Of a stretch of DNA of 64,000 nucleotides, positions 54,391 through 64,000 are shown one piece after another. Source of the DNA: Eledone cirrhosa (Eukaryota); the NCBI GenBank assembly GCA_964016885.1, contig OZ024743.1:199268001-199332000 (forward strand), given 5' to 3'. Position numbers and translations under genes: made by a program. The notes under the pieces are model-generated. The model was not told the DNA's origin and ran no database searches. It was given only the letters and a program-made list of their open reading frames with translations. Within the stretch, counting starts at the first letter, position 1. The number at the start of each line of letters is the position of its first letter.

Positions 54391-55589
54391 GGGTTGTGGG
54401 CTGTGGTAGTAGTGGTAGATGTGGTAGTAGTAGGGGTTGTGTTAGTAGTGGTGGTTGTGGGCTGTTGTAGTAGGAGTGGTAGTTGTGGTAGTAGTGGTGG
54501 TTGTAGTAGTGGGTAGTGGTAGTAGTACTGGTAGTTGTGGTAGTAGTGGTAGTTGTGGTAGTAGTAGTGGTAATGGTAGTAGTAGTGGTAGTTGTGGTAG
54601 TGGTAGTAGTAGTAGTAGTGGTAGTTCTGGTAGCAGTAGTAGTAATAGTAATGGCTGTGGAAGTAGTGGTGGTTGTGGCTGTGGTAGTAGTGTAGGTTGG
54701 GGGCTGGAGCCTGCTGTTAATGTCAGAGGTAGGTGTTCATTACTGAAGTATTGTCAAGTAGCATTAAACAGTGTTGGGTGAAGAAAACACAAGGAAGGAA
54801 AACAACATCAACAAAAACAACAACAATACACATACATACATACAGATACAGATATAGATACACTCACACATATACATGCAGACACATTTACACACATACA
54901 TGAATGCTTATGTGTATGAGTACACGCACACCCACAGATACAGATGCACTCACACACATACATGCATACACACAAGTACAAATACATATATATACATATA
55001 TATATATACAGACACTCACATACACATGAATACATATTTGTATGAATACACACATACATATAAATGAATGCATGCCCACAAATATACAAACATGCATACA
55101 CACAAACATGCATAGACATGCTCACACAAATACAAACACATACATATGTGCATGCACACATACAAATACACACACACACATGTACACTCATACAGATACA
55201 CATGCATACATATACGCACACAGACAAGCACATACACACAAACACATTCACACACACACATACACACATACATTCACACTCACACACATACACACAACCA
55301 CACATATACACACACATACATACGCACACACACACATACACACACAGACATACACATACACACACATACATTCACACAGTCAATGAGAAATTAAGTAACT
55401 GGAGCTACTTATTGTCTTCTGTTGAACAAGTGAGAAATAATGGCCTCTCTTCCATAATAAATACCAGCTTTCCACGGAATTCTTTAACATTTCCTCTAGA
55501 CTAGAAATGACAGCAATATATCTTGATAAAATCTGACCCTGTTGAGGCTAGATTTTACCATTTCTTTGTTTGTTTTATTAGATAGTTTC

Positions 55590-57135
55590 CTGGCTTGTTG
55601 GCTTATTGGCTTATTGGCACAATGTTTGCCTTGCTGGCTCATTGGCTTGTTGGCTGATTGGTTGGTGGGTTGGCTAGCTAATTGTCTCATTGGTTGGCTG
55701 GATTGTTAGTTCATTGGTTGGCTGGTTGGTTAGGTTATTCACTCATTGGTTGGCTGTATTGTTGGTTCACTGGTTGGCTTGTTGGCTGGATTGTTGGTTC
55801 ATTGATTGGCTAGTTTGTTGGGTCATTGGTTAGTTGGATTGTTGGTGCATTGGTTAGTTGTATTGTTGGTTTATTGGTTAGTCGGATTGTTGGTGCATTG
55901 GTTGGCTGGTTTGTTGGTTCATTGGTTGTCTGGATGGTTGGCTCATTGTTTGGTTGGTTCATTGACTTGCTGGATTGTTGGTTCATTGGTTGGTTGGTTG
56001 GTTGGCTTATTAGTTGGCTGGTTTGTTGGCTCATTGGTTAGCTGGTTTGTTGGTTCATTGGTTGGCTGGTTTGTTGGTTCATTGGTTGGTTTATTGGTTC
56101 ATTGGTTGATTGGCTTGTTGACTCATTGGTTGGTTTATTGGTTCATTGGTTATTTGGTTTGTTGGCTCATTGATTGACTGGTTTGTAGGTTCATTGGTTA
56201 GCTTGTTGGCTGTTTTGTTGGTTTATTGGTTGTTTGGTTTATTGATTCATTGGTTGGCTGGTTTGTAGGTTCACTGGTTTGTTGGTTCATTGGTTGTTTG
56301 GTTTATTGGTTCATTGGTTGGCTGGATTGTTGGTTCATTGGTTGGTTGGTTTGTTGGTTCATTGGTTGGCTGGATTGTTGGCTCATTGGTTGGTTGGTTT
56401 GTTGGTTCATTGGTTGGCTGGATTGTTGGCTCATTGGTTGGTTGGTTTGTTGGTTCATTGGTTGGCTGGATTGTTGGCTCATTGGTTGGTTGGTTTGTTG
56501 GTTCATTGGTTGGCTGGTTTGTTGGTTCATTGGTTGGCTTGTTTGTTGGCTCTTTAGTTGGTTGGTTTGTTGGTTCATTGGTTGGTTGGTTTCTTGGTTT
56601 GTTGGTTCATTGGTTGGCTTGTTGGCTCATTGGTTGGTTGGCTTGTTGGCTCATTGTTGGTTGGTTTGTTGGCTTGTTGGTTCATTGGTTGGTTTGTTGG
56701 CTCATTGGTTGGCTTGTTGGCTCATTGGTTGGTTGGTTGGTTGGTTGGTTCATTGGTTGGTTTGTTGGTTCATTGGTTGGGTGGTTTGTTGGCTCATTGG
56801 TTGGTTGGCTTACTGGCTTGCTGGATTGTTGAGTCACTATTTCATTGGTTGGCTGGCTGGCTGGTTGGCTTTCTGACTTTCTGGTTGTTGGCTTATTGGG
56901 TGGCTGGCATGTTGGCACATTGGTTGGCTGGCTTATTGGCTGGCTTGCTGGCTTGCTTGATTGCATGATTGCTAGTTTGCTTGATTACTAGTTTGCTAGA
57001 TTGCTGGTATGCTGGATTGCTGGCTTAATGTTTAATTGGTTAGATCGCTAGATTATTGGCTGGTTGACTTGTTTGTTGGCCCATTGGCTGGATAACTTGA
57101 TAATTTGCTGACTAATTGAATGCCTAGCTTGTTGG
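55590..57135. repeat. (TTGG)n-derived minisatellite with 24/48-bp higher-order units
   Basis: Repeated GTTGGTTCATTGGTTGGCTGGATT-GTTGGCTCATTGGTTGGTTGGTTT, homogeneous in the centre and degenerate at the edges. Confidence 0.9.
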
Positions 57136-57901
57136 CTTGCTGATTAGGTAATTTTAGTTTGGTTTCAGAGAAACCACGGCTTATTTCCAGCAATATCATC
57201 ATCAACATAACCATGACCAACTCTACAACAGCTACCACCTTCACCACCACCACCTCCATCATCATCATCATCATCAATATCACCAACCCTATAGTCCTGT
57301 TGCATTTTTTGTTTCTTTATGTATATATATATATGGGGGGGGGGGGGGGCACGCACATGTGTGTGTGCATGTTTGTGTGTGCGTGTACATATGTGTATGT
57401 ATCTTCTTTATTTCATAGAATTTAATCTTTCACTTGAAAATGGTTGGAATCTATGATGGAAGAATTTCTATGAGATAGATATTATTACTATATCTGTATG
57501 TGTGAAGTCATTGGAATGAAGTGGCAGAGACAATTGAGATAACATAGGAAGACAGAGTTAGTTAAAATACTAGAATATCAAGAACAATAACAGATGAGGT
57601 ATTTGGATGAGCTTCATAAACAAAAGGCCTCTATATGCAGCAGTATATTTAAACTTACCCATTCCTAACAAAATGTTGGCCAAAAAAAAAACCTGGAAGG
57701 AACTTAGTATTATTTTTTTAATCTAAATCAAAGACAAAAAAAATAAGGAGGAAGCAAGAGACAAAAAGACAAAAGGAATAATAGCATCTGTTGAGAAATA
57801 TAAAGTTATTCTGGACAATGTATGTATATTCTTTGTGGGTGGCATTCTCAGTTTCCCTATTTATCATTTTCCTTTGCCTTTTAGCATGAATTTCACTGTT
57901 A

Positions 57902-57937
<36 letters not shown>

Positions 57938-58017
57938 CACATGTGTGTTTTTTGCCTGAATGTATTTATGTGGCCTTCCAAGAAAATTTGCATGAAACAA
58001 AAGAGTACATATATTCA

Positions 58018-58050
<33 letters not shown>

Positions 58051-58976
58051 GAGAATTAGTACATTTACCAACATATGTGTACAGATGTTCACCTATGCTA
58101 GCAAATAAAATTTTAGTAAGTAAGTTGATTTTTAATTTTTAAAATTTTCTTATTTTACGTCTTTCATATATATATATATATATATATATATGTATACTTT
58201 CACATATTGAATGTAAACTTGAAACCAGCCACATACTATCTAAATTTGCCATGTTCCTGACATTAAGATCCTATTCTAAAACAGCAAGAGGCATCAACAA
58301 GTATCATAAGAGAAGGGATATATAATCACCAGCTCTGTTCATATATATATATTTAAATGTATAATTCAAATATTTATATAAATATATACATATTTATATA
58401 ATATATATATTATATACATATATATATATATATATATAATATATATATATATCATATATATATACATATATATATATATAATATATATATTATATATATA
58501 CATAAATATATATTAGTAGTAGTACAGATTAAAGTTTAAGCAAAGAATTTCTGCTTTCACCCTATTACGGGATCTTCTGAAACTAAGAAAAATCAATCTG
58601 TAGATGCAGAAGTAAATATTTCAAAAAACGTTACAAACAAAAGAAAACAGGAAGATGATATATTGGTTCGTGAAGACAATCTCTGGCAATGGACGAAAAA
58701 TATGCAAGGATAATTATGTCATTATGTGGTATTTTCAATATCTATTCTTTCTGTATATGTATTTTTTGTAGAGAAGGATCATAGCTCAGCTGTTTATTAG
58801 TTGTAGAGCTCTATGAGAATAATGAATTGAATAAATAAATTAACCTTTTTGATACTTATTTTAAAGATTTCCTATCAGAATTGAAATATTCCAGCATAAA
58901 TTTATATAAGAACTCTTTCTTAAGTGAGAATAAATACAAATTTTTTTCACAGTTGTATAAATAATATTACAAATAT

Positions 58977-59164
58977 AATTGTTTCTACTTTCGGTACAAA
59001 GCCAGCAATTAACCAGTGCATTACTGGTACTGTATTTTATCGACCCCGTAAGGATGAAAGGGAAAGTTAACCTTGGCGGGATTTGAACTCAGAATGGGAA
59101 TGGGCCGTAACTCTATGCATCAAAGCATGGCATTCAACCCTCTACCGATACTGCCAATCCACTG
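58977..59164 (-). mobile_element. SINE family 2
   Basis: Reverse complement of the 8313-8502 family. Confidence 0.85.
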
Positions 59165-60742
59165 CAAATATAATGTTGTTGATAAACACAAATATAAACA
59201 TATAACATATAACATATAACAAATACAATTAACAATTACTAGGAACCTCACAAAAACAATGCATATATATGACCAGAGTGAAAGAAAGATAAAAAAAGAA
59301 AAAAAAAGGGGAAGCAAAAACAAAAAATGACCATGATTTCACCACCGAGGGTAACAATATGTTACAAATATCTTAATTATGTTACAAATATCTTAATTAT
59401 GTTACAAATATCTTAAGAATGAAAATATCAGTAATTTTGATAAATCCCTCCAAATTCTTCATTGCTCAATTGAAATGCAGTGCATCTTATTAGAAATATG
59501 GTAATGGAAGGATTATGGTGTACCTTGTGAGGTTCACATGCGTTTAATGAACATACATACGTATATAATTGAAAGAGAGAGGGAAGAGAGAAAGAGAGAA
59601 ATATATATTAATTTAGTACAGACAAAATTACAGCTTATTTACACATTTTAATAAATACAATTAATTTTCTTTAATTTTCCTTTCATTTTCTTATATTTAA
59701 GCAGACCTTTTCAACTATTGCCACTGTGAAGAAATATAACCTATAACATTGATAGTAAAAGTTATAATGTGTATATTGATTTCTGATTAAGGCACAAGGC
59801 CAGCAAATCTTGATTGATACTTTATTTTTATCAAATCCAGAAGAATGAAAGGCAATGTTGAACTTGGTGGGATTTGAACTCAAAACGTAAAAATCCAGAA
59901 CAAATATTACAATGACATTTTATCCTGTACATTACCATATCTGCCAATCTACAAAGTAGACATTTGAACTCAGAATGTAAACAAATGAAACAAAATTCTA
60001 CCAAGCATATTTTCACCACTCTAACAATTCTGCCAATCAATTGCTCTCTTAATATTAATATGATTATGAACGTATGTTACACAGCTGAGAGAAGAATAGA
60101 AAGGAGAGGGTGGAGAGTCTTTATTGGAGAGAAATTAAGAGGCAAAAGAAAGAGAACATCATTTACTTATAATATGGTTGAAGGAAGAGGCAAAAAGAGA
60201 TAGAAAAGAGAGTTATTTGGAGGGGAAATTGTTAGTAGTTGGAGGAAACACTCAAATGTGATATAGTGAAAACTGCAGAAGCTCTTAAAAGAAGGGATAT
60301 TGGTAAATGGATATGGTGTTGGTACTGGTGATGATACTTTTGTGTGTGTGTGAGATTTTGTGTATAAATGTATTTTAAGTGATTCTATGCATTACTATGC
60401 TGCAATTAAAAGGTAAAATGTCTTGTAACTTACAAATGTGAGTTACATTTCAGCATATCCACACAACTCTTCATCTCTCTTAACATTTGAAAATCATGAA
60501 CCTTGTGAAACCAGTAAATTTAGAAACTTGTAAATAAACCTTCTTAACAAATTCAATTGCATTTTCAACTTATTTTTCCTATATATATATATATATATAT
60601 ATATACATACACACAGATATATATATATATCCATATATATATATATATATATATATCCATATATATATATATATATCCATATATATATATATCTTAGTTG
60701 TCAGCTAAGAGAAAAGAGTACTCAATATCGCAGTTGAGATTT

Positions 60743-60880
60743 AACATTCATTTCATTAAGGCTGAGTAGTGAGTCTTGTTTCTCCAGAGTTTTGCCTGTT
60801 TATCACAAGGTCATCAGACACAAACTAATGTTTCAATGGCAGACACATGGTGTCGCTATTCAGCCTTAATAAAATGAATA
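60743..60880. mobile_element. short foldback element with degenerate hammerhead-like core
   Basis: Arms ATTCATTTCATTAAGGCTGAGTAG / CTATTCAGCCTTAATAAAATGAAT. The minus strand has CUGAUGA-CCU..AGG-C-AAAA. Confidence 0.55.
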
Positions 60881-60885
60881 TATAT

Positions 60886-61250
60886 ATCATCATCATCATT
60901 ATCATCATCATTTTACGTCCGCATTTCCCTGCTTGCAAGGGTGGGAACTGATTCTGGCTTGATTTCTACAGCTGGATGCCCTTCCTAACACCAACCTCAT
61001 TTACAGTGAGTGCTGGGTGCTTTTTTTCCGTGGCACCTACACGTCCACTTTACAGTGAGTGCTGGGTGCTTCTTTTGCCGTGGCACCTCCACAACCACTT
61101 TGTAGTGGAATAATAGGGATCCCAGTCCTATCATCTCATTTCTACAGCTTAGTAAACTGGAGCAATGTGAAATAAAGTGTCTTGTTCAAGGAAACAACAC
61201 ATCACCTGGTCTGAGAATTGAACTCACAACCTTTCGATTGCAAGGCCAAT
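60886..61250 (-). mobile_element. CORE-SINE type A, head truncated
   Basis: Colinear with 51992-52336, with an extra 48-bp unit. Confidence 0.85.
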
Positions 61251-62059
61251 GATATATATATTCATATATTCAAAGAGAATGCCTGGGAAAGAAGAGTGTA
61301 GCCTCAGCTTTAAATAAATACACCAATAGTTTATTTCTACTCTCTATAGTGAATAGATATAACATTGTTCAACAAAACAATGTTGGTATACAAGGTGCAC
61401 ACATAAATACAACAAAAATACACACACACATATACACACACATACACACACAAACACACACACACATATAGAATGGATACCTGTTGGCTTCAACAATGAG
61501 TGTTCCAATTGTGTGATCAACTGAAATGGCCTACATTTTAAAATTATGTATAAGTGACTGATAGTTCCACAGACACGTGTACTTTTAATATAATTCCCAC
61601 AAAGAAACAAAATGACAATTTCCGTGCAGCTAAAGCTCATTTCATTCATAAGGTACAGTAGGACTGAGTGTTCAAACATATTTGACCATAATAATAGAAG
61701 GTTTGCATGGTTCAATTACTTGCAGGTATCTCTGTCCACTTTTTTTTTTATCCCCAGGAGTACTTTACCCGAGTTTTTCAACTATTGTGATTGACTACTA
61801 TTGTGGTCATTGGCGCTAGTAAGGGCATCCAGCTGTAGAAAACCAAGCCAAAATAGGTTCTGTATGAGCATAACATGGTCACCTGACCTAGGATTTCTCA
61901 AAACAGGAAAACTCGTCTAACCAATGCCAGCGTGGAAAAATGGACATTAAACGGTGCTGATGATTTGCATATTATGCAAACATTTCAAATTTTTAATTTT
62001 CCCAATAGTTCTTAAATACTTCTAAAGTCATCCACTATTTTTATACATCTAGCTTAAAA

Positions 62060-62457
62060 TATTCTAGAAATATGGAGAGAAATGAAGCAAGCATGCTCTG
62101 ATGGATGTGCAATGTCAATGTGCGTGAACGACCAAGTATGGACCAGTTGAGAGTGAAACTGTGTATAAGAGGGGTAAACTGTAGTGTGCGGGAGAGAAGA
62201 CTGTGTTGGTATGGCCATGTGATGCATATGACAAATGACCACTAGGTGAAGAAATGCCAAGAAATCCCGGTAGAAGGAAGATGCCATAGAGGAAGACCAC
62301 GAAAAACATGGGCGGAGGTGGTGAGAGCTGACGTCAGATTGTTGAAGCTCACAGAGAAGATGACGAAGGACCATGACGAATGGAGAGATGCTGTGCTGAA
62401 AAGGACCCGTCCCACACTTGCAAGCAAGGAAAAGTGGACGTTAAAATGATGATGATG
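62060..62457 (+). mobile_element. RTE 3' fragment with stop codons
   Basis: Encodes RNEASML*WMCN..RLCWYGHVMH..GRPRKTWAEVV and ends GGAAAAGTGGACGTTAAAATGATGATG. Confidence 0.88.
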
Positions 62458-62802
62458 GAATTAGAAGCCAACTACTCTTTAGCATAGTGGCTAATGAACT
62501 CACGCACCAACCATGAGATATGGTGTTCTAGATATGGTTATTCACAGGCACCTCTGCCCAATTTTTTTCCCTCTCCAGGGATAATTTACCTGATTTTCTC
62601 ACCTATTATTATAGCAATTTGTGTTGGGATACACACATTTCAAATTTCATGTATATATATGTGTGTGTGTGTGTGTATTTCTATATACACAACATCTGGC
62701 AAATTTCCTAAAATATTAATAAAAATAATATTATGACAAAAACATGTGACAATTTGTGTAGAAAAAACTATCTGTGTATGTATGGGTCTGCCTTTGTGTG
62801 CG

Positions 62803-62843
<41 letters not shown>

Positions 62844-63384
62844 TTGCAAGCAGGGAAAAGCGGCAGTAAAATGATGATGATGATGATGTATATTATTTCT
62901 AGATTATTGTATCATTGTTACCAATATTTTTGGAACTATCCCAGATGTTATATTTCCATCCAAATATCATCTACAACAATGACTCCATTATCAATTGTCT
63001 TTTCCAGTTTTCTTTCATGTTTTTTTGTCTTCTTATTTTTAACATTTTTGTTGTTTTTTTTATCATAGATAAAATATGTCAACAGATCTTTGGCAACACT
63101 TTTACTTATTCTTTTTTCTGTCATTTTATGTTGTTGTGGCTGTGTTTCTTCTTCTTCTTCTTCTCCTCTGCCTCCTCCCCCCTACTTCATTGACAGATTT
63201 GCTAGTGTTGGACAAAATATCATGTGGCATTCAGTTATGGATTTTTACATTCCGAGATCAAATCCCGGTAAGCTTAGCTTTGCTTTTCAACCTTTAGGGG
63301 GTTGATGAAATGAAGTACCAGTAATGCACTGGTACTGATTCAATTGACTTTCCCCTTTCACAAAATTGTGCCTAAATCAGATAC

Positions 63385-63524
63385 CATAGAGTTACGGCCC
63401 TTGCTATTCTGAGTTCAAATCCCGCCGAGGTTAACTTTGCCTTTCATCCTTATAGGGTTGATAAAATAAAGTACCAGTAATGTACTGGGTAATTGCTGGC
63501 CTTGTGCCAAAAGTAGAAACAATT
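63385..63524 (+). mobile_element. SINE family 2 (cluster of partial copies at 63220-63635)
   Basis: Near-identical to 8365-8502. Confidence 0.85.
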
Positions 63525-63804
63525 ATTATTATGGGCCGTATTGGTAGAGCATCGGATACCATCCTTTGCAGCATAAAGTTATGAACCTTTATGAGTCCAA
63601 ATTCTGCTGAGGCTATCATTGCCTTTCATTCTTATGCACTTCATCAGCAGGGACTGAAACTCAACATTTTCGTCTTTTAAGTGAACACAATTGCACAGAC
63701 TGCCAGCTTCCCAAGTCTAGCAGGTCACTGCCATCATGATACATGCCCTCTAATAATATATGTGGAAACTGATATATGTAAGAAGGCTAATGTTATATTA
63801 GCCA

Positions 63805-64000
63805 CAAAACCACCACCACAAACCACAACACCACCACCACACACCACAACACTACCACCAGCAGACACAACACCACCACCACCAGCCACAACACCACCAC
63901 CACCAGCCACAACACCACCACCAGAAACCACAACACCACCACCACAAACCACAACACCACCAACATCAGCCACAACACCACCACCACAAACCACAACACC
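63805..64000. repeat. 21-bp (CAC)-rich minisatellite running off the window end
   Basis: Repeated CCACAACACCACCACCA(GC/CAA) units. Confidence 0.9.

Noticed and set aside
55806-56968. Trp/Leu/Gly-rich membrane-like ORFs
   Set aside because: They are a product of the (TTGG)n minisatellite and are open in several frames.

Overview
This is AT-rich eukaryotic DNA dominated by repeats. It is full of (TA)n, (CA)n, (GAT)n and (GGT)n microsatellites, and almost all entries in the ORF track are translations of these. The repeat content (tRNA-derived CORE SINEs, RTE, CR1 and R4/Dong LINE fragments, piggyBac, hAT and Helentron-type non-autonomous elements) suggests an octopus or other coleoid cephalopod intron or intergenic region; this is inference. 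The only recognisable protein-coding sequences are retrotransposon-derived. The main one is a near-intact RTE-clade LINE (APE endonuclease, RT and a Cys/His finger; 21490-24605) broken by a single frameshift and preceded directly by about 5.5 tandem copies of a ~408-bp unit. The most unusual signal is a set of sequence-distinct foldback (palindromic) elements carrying minimal, Penelope-type hammerhead ribozyme motifs. The best is a 661-bp element at 27231-27891 with a complete U3-A8 variant hammerhead in each arm. No host gene can be called with confidence; a few candidate exons are listed at low confidence.
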